DNA of 63,074 bases, the filler included, from Candidatus Nezhaarchaeota archaeon WYZ-LMO8 (GTDB taxonomy: Archaea > Thermoproteota > Methanomethylicia > Nezhaarchaeales > WYZ-LMO8), in the NCBI GenBank assembly GCA_004347965.1. It is 4 parts of 4 records of this genome, joined end to end, with 100 filler letters (N's around TTAATTAATTAA, not from the genome) between each part and the next. Parts side by side here need not be neighbours in the genome. Positions count along the whole stretch, not along the records: positions 17,333 to 34,079 come from QNVF01000027.1; 3 more parts are not named here. One strand, written 5' to 3'. The translations under genes were made by a program, and so were the position numbers. Positions 19,751 through 28,848 of this stretch are shown here, one piece after another. Under the pieces are notes generated by a model. That model was given only the letters and a program-made list of their open reading frames with translations, made no database searches and was not told the DNA's origin. The first letter of the stretch is position 1, and every line of letters starts with the position of its first letter.

Positions 19751-20488
19751 TTGGTGCGACAGTTGATTTATGGCTTAAACCTATCTTCCCAAGTCGTATC
19801 TAAGTTGAGGGAGGAGGGCATTACGCTCAAATTGGAGAATCAAGGCTCCTTTGTGCTATATCAAAGAGAGGGCGGCTTTCCTGTAAGCTCTGTAAGGAAA
19901 GTAGTTACCACAACCAGGTGTAGAGAAGAGGACTTCTTAGCGTATCCAGTTCATTCAACTCAGCCAGAGATTTCAACAAACCTTTTGTTAAGGCTTTCTA
20001 GGCCCATTATCGTTGCGCCACACTCTACGATCAGTATATACGTTAAGGTACCAATTAGTGTTGGAATATACCTCTTTAATGAGGAGACTCAAATGTTGAT
20101 AGACTCCTTTAGCCGCCATACGTACAAGTATGCACTTTACGGTTCTACCGCAAGTGGCATGATATGTCGTTTTCATAGAACTGACGTCTACCTTCAAGTT
20201 CCAGAGAAAGAGCTGTGGAATGCCATCACCAAGGTTATCATCGAGAACGACTCAGAAGATTACTGCGAAGTTAAGAACATAGTTTTCCCGGTCTTGAACA
20301 CGATGACATACGTAGATGAGCAGGGAGCAGCTTACATTGAGACCATTCGCTTACACATCTCAAGAGGTGGTTTGGGATTTACATCTCTAGAGAATGCGCC
20401 CCCACTTGATGGATTGAAGGAGGGACCCCGACAATTCGGTAAATCACAGGAAAGGGTTGTTAAGTTCTTACTGGAGTTCGGTTTTTGA
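19751..20488 (+). CDS. DUF432 family protein
   Basis: IYVKVPISVG, KYALYG...G.ICRF; lies upstream of an MscS gene; TTG after SD GGAGG. Confidence 0.75.
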   Translation: MVRQLIYGLNLSSQVVSKLREEGITLKLENQGSFVLYQREGGFPVSSVRKVVTTTRCREEDFLAYPVHSTQPEISTNLLLRLSRPIIVAPHSTISIYVKVPISVGIYLFNEETQMLIDSFSRHTYKYALYGSTASGMICRFHRTDVYLQVPEKELWNAITKVIIENDSEDYCEVKNIVFPVLNTMTYVDEQGAAYIETIRLHISRGGLGFTSLENAPPLDGLKEGPRQFGKSQERVVKFLLEFGF

Positions 20489-20497
20489 GGTGGTTTA

Positions 20498-21310
20498 ATG
20501 GACATGCTTCAATGGCTTCAAGCTCACTGGCTTGACTTGTTATACGCTATTATAGTCATAGTAGTTGCGCTCTTCATCAGTACAATTCTTGAAAGAGCTG
20601 CGAAAAGAGCACTTCTGACTAGAGTTTCAAAGAGCACAGCAGATAACGTGGCGAAGCTTATTAGGTACAGCATCTTGGTCGTAGCCGTCCTCATAGCATT
20701 AACTTCAATAGGTGTGGACGTAACAGGAGCACTTATAGCCGGTGGATTTCTGGGTATTGTAATAGGCTTTGCTGCTCAAGCTTCAATATCCAACTTCATA
20801 TCCGGGCTCTTACTATTATTGGAGAGACCATTCAAGATAGGAGACTTCATACATGTAGGGGATACCATTGGGATGGTAGTGGAGATAGGCATCTTATCAA
20901 CGACGATAGTAACGTGGGATGGAGTGAAAGTACGCATACCGAGCTCTCAACTGTTTAATAGTAGCTTCAGGAACTATACGGCGTCAAGAGCCAGGCTTGT
21001 TAGTGTTGAGGTTCAGATACCGTACTCAGCCAGCATAGAGAAAGCTGTGGAAGCTATAGAATCTAAGTTGCGAGAGCAATGGTATGTCCTTGAAGAACCT
21101 AGGCCAATGGTTTTCGCGAAGTCATTTGGTGGTGATGGTGTAGTTTTGGAAGTTAGAGCCTGGACCCCTGGATCTACGTGGCTCATGCTTTATAGCAGCT
21201 TACCGAGGTTGGTGAAAAGTGCGCTCGACGAAGTAGGAATTGAGATTCCATTCCCACAAAGAGTTGTATGGTTTGCTTCTCCACTTAAAACGGAAGGAGG
21301 TGCTAAGTGA
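20498..21310 (+). CDS. Small-conductance mechanosensitive channel (MscS family)
   Basis: GIVIGFAAQASISNFISG, ERPFKIGD, IEIPFPQRV. Confidence 0.95.
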   Translation: MDMLQWLQAHWLDLLYAIIVIVVALFISTILERAAKRALLTRVSKSTADNVAKLIRYSILVVAVLIALTSIGVDVTGALIAGGFLGIVIGFAAQASISNFISGLLLLLERPFKIGDFIHVGDTIGMVVEIGILSTTIVTWDGVKVRIPSSQLFNSSFRNYTASRARLVSVEVQIPYSASIEKAVEAIESKLREQWYVLEEPRPMVFAKSFGGDGVVLEVRAWTPGSTWLMLYSSLPRLVKSALDEVGIEIPFPQRVVWFASPLKTEGGAK

Positions 21311-21315
21311 GAGCT

Positions 21316-21465
21316 TTACGATGATTTAGTACGCCAGTGCTTGCTAGCGCAATGATCTATGTACTCATTGTAACTATTAAATACTAGTCCACACACTTTA
21401 CAGCAAGGTTTGAACCATAGCTTTGGATCCTTTTCCACTTCATCCATAGTGACTTTTCGTACTAA
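21316..21465 (-). CDS. Small C2H2 zinc-finger protein (start uncertain)
   Basis: CKVCGLVF....EYIDHCASKH; SD GGAGGTG at 21470-21476, first in-frame ATG below it at 21447. Confidence 0.6.
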   Translation of the reverse strand, partial: LVRKVTMDEVEKDPKLWFKPCCKVCGLVFNSYNEYIDHCASKHWRTKSS

Positions 21466-21608
21466 GAAACACCTCCAGCAACAATAGAAGATTACATTTC
21501 TCCATACCATGGATTTCATTTTAAGAGCCTAATAAGCATACCATAAGAGGGTTAATGCAGCAACTTGAACTAGGTTCTCAATCTGCTTAGTACTGGAAAA
21601 CTTTTAGA

Positions 21609-22631
21609 TCAGTTAACTATGTTCGACCATAACTTACTTATCTCGTCACGAACATATCTTGATATCTCTTCAATCTCGCCGTTAACTCTATGAAGTAGTA
21701 CTCTCGGTACGCCACGATCCACGACTTCACCTATTATTGAGAAGCTTACACCGATATTCTTTAATGAGTTTAAGGCTACATCAATTAAGTCTGGCTTTAT
21801 GGTTGCTATTAGAGCTCCACTACTTATTAGCTTGAGGGGATCGAGATCTAAAGATTCACATATGATCTTTGTTGAGGCTCTTATTGGTACCTTGTCTTCA
21901 TAAATCGTCATTACGCAGCCAGATGCCATGGCCACTTCTAGAAGACCGTTGAGCAGCCCCCCTTCCGTCGGGTCATGCATCGACGTTGGAGTCCTAGTCT
22001 TCGCTAACGTTAATGCTTCTCTCACCACGCTTACATCGTTAAAGCATCGTACTGCTTCCTCTATTATGCTCTGTGAAACTCCCAGTTCTAGGAGCTTTAC
22101 TCTAAAGTCGCTTGCTATTATCGCTGTTCCTTCTAACCCTGTAGCTTTAGTCATGAGTACTAGGTCTCCTGGTCTTGCTCCTCTCGTCAAGATCAGTTCG
22201 TCTTTCAATCCTATTCCCAAAGCAGTCATTACCACTATGGGCTTCTCGATTCCCGGAGATATTTCTGTGTGCCCACCAATTATCATGCCACCTACTTCCC
22301 TAAGTGCAGCATCCATCTGCTTTGTTATCGAGTCGAGAGCTTCGACGTCCCTTGAAGGAAGCAGTATCGTTGATAAGAACCAGCTCGGCTTAACTCCTCT
22401 AACGGCTACGTCATTACTTGCCACATGAACACTTAGCCAACCTATTCTCTCTACAGCCTCTGTTATAGGGTCTACATGTATGGCTAGGATCCTGTTGTTT
22501 CCTAAATCTATTATAGCGGCATCCTCACCTATGCTAGGACCGACAAGAACCCTATCATCGGTTACTCCAAGTCTCGAGAAGACAAGGCTCTCAAGCACGG
22601 CAGGAGGTAATTTTCCTAGGTTAGCCTTCAT
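21609..22631 (-). CDS. AIR synthase-related / HypE-like protein
   Basis: GKLPP, GEDAA, NDVAVRG, GGHTE, MHDPTEGG. Confidence 0.88.
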   Translation of the reverse strand: MKANLGKLPPAVLESLVFSRLGVTDDRVLVGPSIGEDAAIIDLGNNRILAIHVDPITEAVERIGWLSVHVASNDVAVRGVKPSWFLSTILLPSRDVEALDSITKQMDAALREVGGMIIGGHTEISPGIEKPIVVMTALGIGLKDELILTRGARPGDLVLMTKATGLEGTAIIASDFRVKLLELGVSQSIIEEAVRCFNDVSVVREALTLAKTRTPTSMHDPTEGGLLNGLLEVAMASGCVMTIYEDKVPIRASTKIICESLDLDPLKLISSGALIATIKPDLIDVALNSLKNIGVSFSIIGEVVDRGVPRVLLHRVNGEIEEISRYVRDEISKLWSNIVN

Positions 22632-22680
22632 TCTACAAACACCCAGTTTTACAAGTTGTTAAAGAAGTTAACTGAGAAAA

Positions 22681-22733
22681 ATTCAGCGAGATCGGTGCTC
22701 ATCATCTCTATCAGATCATTAGCTCATCACGCC
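22681..22733 (-). ncRNA. Box C/D guide sRNA
   Basis: GTGATGA-GCTAATGAT-CTGA-TAGAG-ATGATGA-GCACCGATCTCG-CTGA; all four boxes match consensus. Confidence 0.88.
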
Positions 22734-22932
22734 ATTTGCTCTTCCATCCTTCCCTCCTATTTTTAAGAGACTCACTAATAAAGGCTGATAGCAGCATCTT
22801 CAATGCCATGCTTTAGGGTCAAGGCCTTAAGCTTTAAGTGACTTCACATTCCTTAGCTTGACGTTGTTGATCAAACTTCAACCTTTAACTGCTATAAGTC
22901 TGTGAGAGTTTAATTCCTAGTTGGGGATTTGT

Positions 22933-23223
22933 TTGCCGAGAGTTAGCAACGTCCTATACTCCCACTGTGGAATAATCTGCAGCTTCTGCAAGGCTTTTGT
23001 ACAAGGTGATTGCCGTGGCTGCGATGCCCATATTGATGCTTGCGACTACATAAAGTGTTGCTTGAAGAGAAGGCTTAAGTGCTGTTTTGACTGCATAGAG
23101 TTTCCATGCAAGCTTCATGAAGAAGGTTTCACATGGGAGACCGAGGAATATGGCCCCTTGAAGTGGAAAGTCTACAGTGATGTGTTTCTGAGGATATTTC
23201 GAGCAGATAAGAAGACAACTTAA
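22933..23223 (+). CDS. Cys-rich DUF3795-like protein
   Basis: CGIICSFC..., CRGC, CCFDCIEFPC pattern. Confidence 0.75.
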   Translation: MPRVSNVLYSHCGIICSFCKAFVQGDCRGCDAHIDACDYIKCCLKRRLKCCFDCIEFPCKLHEEGFTWETEEYGPLKWKVYSDVFLRIFRADKKTT

Positions 23224-23407
23224 TGACCTTATAGCGAGAGTCGAGGTGTCAGATAGCTGAAGGGTAGCTTAGTACAACTTAGATATGTAAAGACATTGCA
23301 AGATAGAAGCAGCTACGAAAGTCGAACATCATCGCCCCTTCTTTCATCACCTACAATTTTTATTAGCTAGCATCCCCATCATTAATCAGAGAGCTAATAG
23401 AAGGTTT

Positions 23408-23716
23408 TTACTTGCCCTTTTCTAGCACAACAATCTTACCGTTGCTTCCAACGTTTAGCTCAACCTCTCCTCTAAACTCCCTTGTGAAGGCATTTTCCAC
23501 TCTTATCTTGGCACCTACATTAACTAAGTCGATTTGGTTTCTCCATAAGTTTAGCTTTATCTGGCCAGTACCATCGTCTATTATTGCGTATGCTAACTGT
23601 GCGGGGCCATAGCGAGTTTGAACTGTTTTAGGTTTGCTCTTTTCTACAACAACACCTTCAACTACTAGATCTCTCATTTCACCCTCTATTTCAGATATCT
23701 GAACCTTTCTCATCAC
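23408..23716 (-). CDS. Single OB-fold ssDNA-binding protein (crenarchaeal SSB-like)
   Basis: DDGTGQIKLNLW, ENAFTREFRGEVELNVG. Confidence 0.88.
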   Translation of the reverse strand: MMRKVQISEIEGEMRDLVVEGVVVEKSKPKTVQTRYGPAQLAYAIIDDGTGQIKLNLWRNQIDLVNVGAKIRVENAFTREFRGEVELNVGSNGKIVVLEKGK

Positions 23717-23850
23717 AAAGCCTCCTGAGGAGAGAGGAGGAATAGAATTTATAAAAATTAACTGCTTTCATGGTTAGCCGCAACGTATTCAATAGATTGT
23801 TTAATCGAGTCTATTAGTGTTGAAGCCGAGAAATCATTGTTGGTGATTAC

Positions 23851-24837
23851 ATGGTTAGAGAATTAGTAATCGGAGTTGATATAGGAGCAACTAAGACTAG
23901 GATATGCCTTGGAGATTTCGATGGAAACATTTACGAGAAGTACGTATACTTGACATCACAGGCCTCACCGAATATCGTGAAGTTCATAATTTCAGAAGTT
24001 GAGAAGAACTTCTCACATAGTATGAAGGATGTTGTTGGTATAGGAGTTGCTTCTATAGGACCCCTAGATCTGAGAAGAGGGACTATACTATCTCCTCCAA
24101 ATGCACCCTTCAGAAACGTTGAAGTAGTCACTAACTTAGAGGGGGCGTTTGGCATCAAGACCTTCTTGATCAATGACGCTGTAGCTGCTGTCTGGGCAGA
24201 GAAAGTCTATGGTTTGGGAAGGATCTATCGAAACCTAGCGTACATAACCCTAAGCACCGGCATAGGTGCGGGAGTTATAGTTGACGATAACCTGCTAATA
24301 GGTAAAGATGGAAATGCTCACGAAGTCGGCCACATAGTCATTGATAGCTCGGGAGAAATGAGGTGTAGATGTGGAGGTTATGGTCACTGGGAGGCATACT
24401 GCTCCGGTATAAACATTCCAATATTCGTTGAAAAACTATTGCGTGAGAAGTATGCAAGTGAATCTAGAGGGAGCTCACTATTCAATGAACACTGTAAAGG
24501 AGGTTTAACAACTGAAGTAATTTTCAAACATGCTAAGCTTGGCGATAAGTTAGCTCTCAAGATCATTGAGGACGAAGTAGGTAAGCTAAATGCTGCTGGT
24601 GTAGCATCTGTAGTGAACTGCTATGACCCAGAAATTGTTCTGCTAGGAGGAGCCATAACTCTGAACAATAAGGAGCTGGTGATAAATCCCATAGTGAGAC
24701 ACATAGATAGGTACTTGACTAACAGAAAGCCTATCATAACGTCAACGGACCTTGGAGAGGATGTAGTCCTGAAAGGAGCTATAGCCTTAGTTGCTCAACC
24801 ACCACAAACGCTTATCGAATATTACAGAAGGTCATAA
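23851..24837 (+). CDS. ROK family sugar kinase
   Basis: GVDIGATK, INDA, STGIGAG, HEVGH, CRCGGYGHWEAY. Confidence 0.93.
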   Translation: MVRELVIGVDIGATKTRICLGDFDGNIYEKYVYLTSQASPNIVKFIISEVEKNFSHSMKDVVGIGVASIGPLDLRRGTILSPPNAPFRNVEVVTNLEGAFGIKTFLINDAVAAVWAEKVYGLGRIYRNLAYITLSTGIGAGVIVDDNLLIGKDGNAHEVGHIVIDSSGEMRCRCGGYGHWEAYCSGINIPIFVEKLLREKYASESRGSSLFNEHCKGGLTTEVIFKHAKLGDKLALKIIEDEVGKLNAAGVASVVNCYDPEIVLLGGAITLNNKELVINPIVRHIDRYLTNRKPIITSTDLGEDVVLKGAIALVAQPPQTLIEYYRRS

Positions 24838-24933
24838 GCGTGACGGTATGAGGTGGCAAGGTAATGCACAAGTCCTTAGCAAGACAATTAATAAAAGCCT
24901 CGGAGTACATGTGTTCAGGGGGTTGCGAAGTAC

Positions 24934-25665
24934 TTGAGCGAAGACTTAGTAAATGTTAAATTATCCTTACCGAGAAAAGCTTACAAGTGGTTTACGATAG
25001 TAGCTAAGAGGGATGGCACAAACGTAGAGAAAGTTCTCGAAGACGTACTTCTCGAACTTTACCTATTTAAAGATGATCTAAGAAACGTTAAGAAGTTTTA
25101 CGATATAGTCGGTCCTCTTGACGGATTAACTAGCTTAGGTCACGCATTGAACTATACTTTAAACTTAGGTTCAGCACTTCACCACATAGTGGAGCACTTA
25201 TTAAATGAACTTGAAGGTGGTAAAGACTTCGTTCTAAGCGATATTAAGCTGGTTCAAGACTCGCCTGGCGCGTATAAAGGCATATGCTTCGAGTTCGTGG
25301 CGAGAGATGTGCCCGGCGTTGTGATCGACTACTTTACGTTACAAATTCAGCATGACGGTCTATATCTAGATGCTACTTCAGTGCTGGGTTTTGACTCAGT
25401 GAAGATAGCCGCCGAAGCTCTTAGAAGACTGAGAAGGTCAGCGCTGAAAATCGTTGAGATGAATGATGTGAAAGAGTTGGAGGAGAAATTGAAAGAAAGA
25501 GGAGGTCTACTGAACATTGACATCAGCAAGGAGAGGAACGTCGTTTACTTAACGTTCATGGCTTATGCTCGTGAGGTACACGTTATCCCAAGGTTGCATA
25601 AAATTAGTGGTGTACTAAAGAAAATATGTGAAGATGCAGGTATTGAGAGGGAGCATAGCCACTAA
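24934..25665 (+). CDS. Hypothetical protein with possible N-terminal ribbon-helix-helix
   Basis: 243-aa ORF; VNVKLSLPRKAYKWF..VAKRDG.NVEKVL pattern. Confidence 0.65.
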   Translation: MSEDLVNVKLSLPRKAYKWFTIVAKRDGTNVEKVLEDVLLELYLFKDDLRNVKKFYDIVGPLDGLTSLGHALNYTLNLGSALHHIVEHLLNELEGGKDFVLSDIKLVQDSPGAYKGICFEFVARDVPGVVIDYFTLQIQHDGLYLDATSVLGFDSVKIAAEALRRLRRSALKIVEMNDVKELEEKLKERGGLLNIDISKERNVVYLTFMAYAREVHVIPRLHKISGVLKKICEDAGIEREHSH

Positions 25666-25681
25666 TTTCTTGAACTTTTTG

Positions 25682-25736
25682 GCTCAGAGTGAGATGGTTA
25701 GATCATCTAGTCACATGGATTGGTACTCGTCATCGC
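25682..25736 (-). ncRNA. Box C/D guide sRNA
   Basis: ATGACGA-GTACCAATCCAT-GTGA-CTAG-ATGATCT-AACCATCTCACT-CTGA; two 12-nt guides, intergenic. Confidence 0.7.
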
Positions 25737-25844
25737 CTCAGGAAGATGATAAGTAGAGGAGGGGAATTAACCTTTTCTTAAGAGACTCCTTCAACTTGAA
25801 ATGAGGAGACGTTCTGAACAATTGAAGATGCAAGGTGAGATGAT

Positions 25845-26768
25845 GTGGAGGTTGTTGGAGATGTTGAAGATTTAAAACTAGAGTTTAGCGTTAAAGCGCT
25901 AGTTAAAGGCATGGCTAAGACGGCCTTCAATGCTAGAAGGCTTGGAGAAGCATTAAACATCTTAGAGAAGATAACGATTCAATGCAACCTGAGGGTTTTG
26001 ACCCTAGCAGGAGCTGTAGTACCTGCTGGATTAAGAGGAATCTTATGTGACGTCTTAGCTAGAGATTTATTTGACGTTGTTGTGACTACGGGAGCTAACG
26101 TCACTCATGACTTGTTAATGGCTTTTGGGGGCAAGCACTATAGGCTTAAGCTAATCGATGTTAATGAAGAACGGTTAAAAATGAAGGGGTTTTGCAGGAT
26201 CTACGATGTTGCGGTACGTGTTCAGGACTTCGAGGTCATGGAGAAAGGGCTACGAAGAATATTAGAGCAAATGGAGGATCGCGTCTATTCAACAAAAGAG
26301 TTTCTAAGAGAGGTGGGTCTTAGGTTGGAGGATGAAAGTAGCTTCGTACATACTGCAGCTTTAAAGAACTGTAGTATCATCGTACCCGCATTTTACGATT
26401 CAATACTTGGCGTACAAGTGTGGAGCATGACACAAACACGAAAGCTAATGGTTCTTGAGGCTCTAGACCTTAGCTACTTAGTTGATCTACAGTTTGAAGC
26501 TAAAAAGCGAGGAGGTAAAACCGGCGTACTCATTGTTGGAGGAGGAGCTCCAAAGAACTTCGCGTTGCAGTCAGCTCTAATTGCTAATAAGCCCTTCGAC
26601 TATGCTGTTCAAATAACTATCGACCCGCCTTACTATGGTGGGCTATCTGGAGCTACGTTAGGAGAAGCTGTGAGCTGGGATAAGGTTTTTGAGAAGGCTG
26701 AGTATTGTACCGTGTACTGCGACTTTACGATAGCTCTCCCACTACTATTCTCCGCTTTACTATGTTAG
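25845..26768 (+). CDS. dys: Deoxyhypusine synthase
   Basis: TTGANVTHD, GGGAPKNF active-site Lys, GGLSGAT..EAVSW. Confidence 0.92.
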   Translation: MEVVGDVEDLKLEFSVKALVKGMAKTAFNARRLGEALNILEKITIQCNLRVLTLAGAVVPAGLRGILCDVLARDLFDVVVTTGANVTHDLLMAFGGKHYRLKLIDVNEERLKMKGFCRIYDVAVRVQDFEVMEKGLRRILEQMEDRVYSTKEFLREVGLRLEDESSFVHTAALKNCSIIVPAFYDSILGVQVWSMTQTRKLMVLEALDLSYLVDLQFEAKKRGGKTGVLIVGGGAPKNFALQSALIANKPFDYAVQITIDPPYYGGLSGATLGEAVSWDKVFEKAEYCTVYCDFTIALPLLFSALLC

Positions 26769-26827
26769 GGGCTCCGATCTGGTGTCAGCTTTCATCAATC
26801 AACAATACCTGCCGTCGTCATTGCCCC
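26768..26827 (-). ncRNA. Box C/D guide sRNA, 16S rRNA helix 18 targets predicted
   Basis: GGGGC/GCCCC terminal stem; ATGACGA-CGGCAGGTATTG-TTGA-TTGATGA-AAGCTGACACCAGAT-CGGA. Confidence 0.8.
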
Positions 26828-26882
26828 GTTAGTACTAAAAATGAGGGTAACTTATTTGTTTACCGCAAGAGAGGTTTGAGGT

Positions 26883-27635
26883 GTGAGCAAGGGCTTCGTT
26901 GAAGCGATAACTCGTGCTGCAAATCAAAATCATAGTAGAGTAGTGTTGGCTCTCGACGTAAAGGGACCTAACACCATTGAGAAAGCTAAAAAGATACTTG
27001 AAGAGACTTCAGGCTACATATGTTGCGTCAAGATAAACAAGCACTTGATATTGTCAGTAGGTCTCGAAGGTTTAAGAGAGCTGGTTGAGAGAGCACATTC
27101 TCTTGGTCTTCCAGTAATAGTTGATTGTAAAATGTGCGATATCGGTCCAACCAACTTAGTGGAGACCTCGTATTACTTTGATTCTGGATTTGATGCTGTG
27201 ACGGTTATGCCTCTGCCTGGTTGGATTGACGGTTTAAGCGATGTGTTTCACGTAGCTAAGGAGAGAGACAAAGGAGTTTTAGTGGTGGTTCTGATGAGCC
27301 ATAAAGGAGCTTCAGAATTCTTCGAGACAATAGCCTTCGATGAGGAGTATGGAGTTTTCGATAAGCTGTATAGGATTTTTGCTAGAAGAGCTGTGAAGTG
27401 GCGTGCTGACGGGGTGATAGTTGGTGCCACTAGACCTGATGCAATAAGACAAGTTAAGAGTATAGTGGGGGAAGTACCCATATTCTCGCCGGGTATTGTG
27501 GTTCAAGGTGGGGTTGTCGAGGAGACTCTTAAAGCAGGCGCTTCCTACGTGATTGCTGGTAGAGCTATATGCGAGAGCATTAATCCTGCAGATAAAGCGA
27601 GAGAACTAAGAGATATTACTAGACGGTTCTCGTAA
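26883..27635 (+). CDS. pyrF: Orotidine-5-phosphate decarboxylase
   Basis: LALD, DCKMCDIGPT, MSH, VGATRP, SPG..QGG, GRAI. Confidence 0.95.
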   Translation: MSKGFVEAITRAANQNHSRVVLALDVKGPNTIEKAKKILEETSGYICCVKINKHLILSVGLEGLRELVERAHSLGLPVIVDCKMCDIGPTNLVETSYYFDSGFDAVTVMPLPGWIDGLSDVFHVAKERDKGVLVVVLMSHKGASEFFETIAFDEEYGVFDKLYRIFARRAVKWRADGVIVGATRPDAIRQVKSIVGEVPIFSPGIVVQGGVVEETLKAGASYVIAGRAICESINPADKARELRDITRRFS

Positions 27636-27799
27636 TGAGTTAGAAGCTATCAGCTTTATTTATTACTAAGAAAACCACTGCCCTTTGATGCGGTCTTGGA
27701 GAGACCCCCTCCGATCGCTATAATTGAGCCGCTTAATACGCTTTAACTCTTCTACGATTAAGATGTTTAATCTCAAGAAGACGTAAGTCCATGATGCTT

Positions 27800-28594
27800 C
27801 TATGCCTGATGCTTGAGAGCTTTTCTAGCAAACGTTATGTAGCCAGTGTGACCAATCATTAATGTTTCGGGTCTTACTGCCCCCTCTTCAACCTTCATCT
27901 CTCTGAGGAGGAGCTCGTAGACCTTGATGTCGATGAAGCCGTACCTCCTTAGCTCTAAAACCGTCTTCTCTACTTGATTTACTGTTGGGCTAAAGCTTAC
28001 AAAATGACCTGCTCCCTTGAGGGCTTTGTGAGCGTGAGGTACAACTAGCCATGGAGTAGCCATATCGAGAACTACTGCGTCAATATCTTCTTCGTCTATT
28101 CCTTCAGTAATGTCCTTCGTCTTCAACACTACGTAGTCGAGTAGACCTGCACGCTCCAAGTTCTTTCTTGCTACTTCTTGGAATTGTGGATCTATATCGT
28201 AACTGTAAACAACTCCAGGTCTTACGAAGAATGCTAGAGCACACGTTAAAGCACCACTTCCAGTCCCAGCTTCAACAATCCTCATTCCGGGTCTTAGTCC
28301 TAGCTTAAAGATCATTAAGGCCATGTCCTTTGGATATATTATCTGAGTTCTTCTCGCAACCTTCAAAACGTAATCCCAAGGCGTTGGTCGTAGAGCTACA
28401 AAGTCAGCTCCTATATTTGATTTCACTCGAGATCCGTATTTTAGGCCTATTAACGAGTCCATCACCACATATCCTTTATGTGTATGAAAAACACGTTCCT
28501 TCTCAACTTTAGTTAAGTACTTGCGCTTTCCATCGAGATACAACAATACGTAGGAACCTTCACTTATTACGTCTTCTTGACCACTTAAGGCCAT
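27800..28594 (-). CDS. trmI: tRNA m1A57/58 methyltransferase
   Basis: TQIIYPKD, EAGTGSG, LDMATPW, GHTGYI. Confidence 0.95.
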   Translation of the reverse strand: MALSGQEDVISEGSYVLLYLDGKRKYLTKVEKERVFHTHKGYVVMDSLIGLKYGSRVKSNIGADFVALRPTPWDYVLKVARRTQIIYPKDMALMIFKLGLRPGMRIVEAGTGSGALTCALAFFVRPGVVYSYDIDPQFQEVARKNLERAGLLDYVVLKTKDITEGIDEEDIDAVVLDMATPWLVVPHAHKALKGAGHFVSFSPTVNQVEKTVLELRRYGFIDIKVYELLLREMKVEEGAVRPETLMIGHTGYITFARKALKHQA

Positions 28595-28603
28595 AGAGGA
28601 CCC

Positions 28604-28789
28604 TTATACTATACCCAGTTTTTCTTCGATTCTTCGAAGCCTTGACTTTAACTCCTCTAAGTCCTTCTTTATAGAGACCAATAGTGGTATTAAGTCGTTT
28701 ATTATTATCGACTCTGGAGGTGATGGTAGGGTCCGCTCTCTTAAAGCCAGTAATTCACTCAACCTTCTATCTTCCACTAACGTCACCAA
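28604..28789 (-). CDS. Small coiled-coil hypothetical protein
   Basis: Short ORF directly upstream of trmI with SD GGTGA; heptad-like IKKDLEELKSRLRRIEEKL. Confidence 0.55.
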   Translation of the reverse strand: MVTLVEDRRLSELLALRERTLPSPPESIIINDLIPLLVSIKKDLEELKSRLRRIEEKLGIV

Positions 28790-28848
28790 TAGTTCTATTA
28801 GGAGGACCTAAACAAAAACTGTGTGGAATAACAAGAGGGTTAGAGAGC

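Noticed and set aside
25800..25840. ATGAGGA..CTGA..TTGAAGA..GTGA box-like series before dys
   Set aside because: Guides would be only 6 nt and the last box is the dys SD; not a credible C/D RNA.
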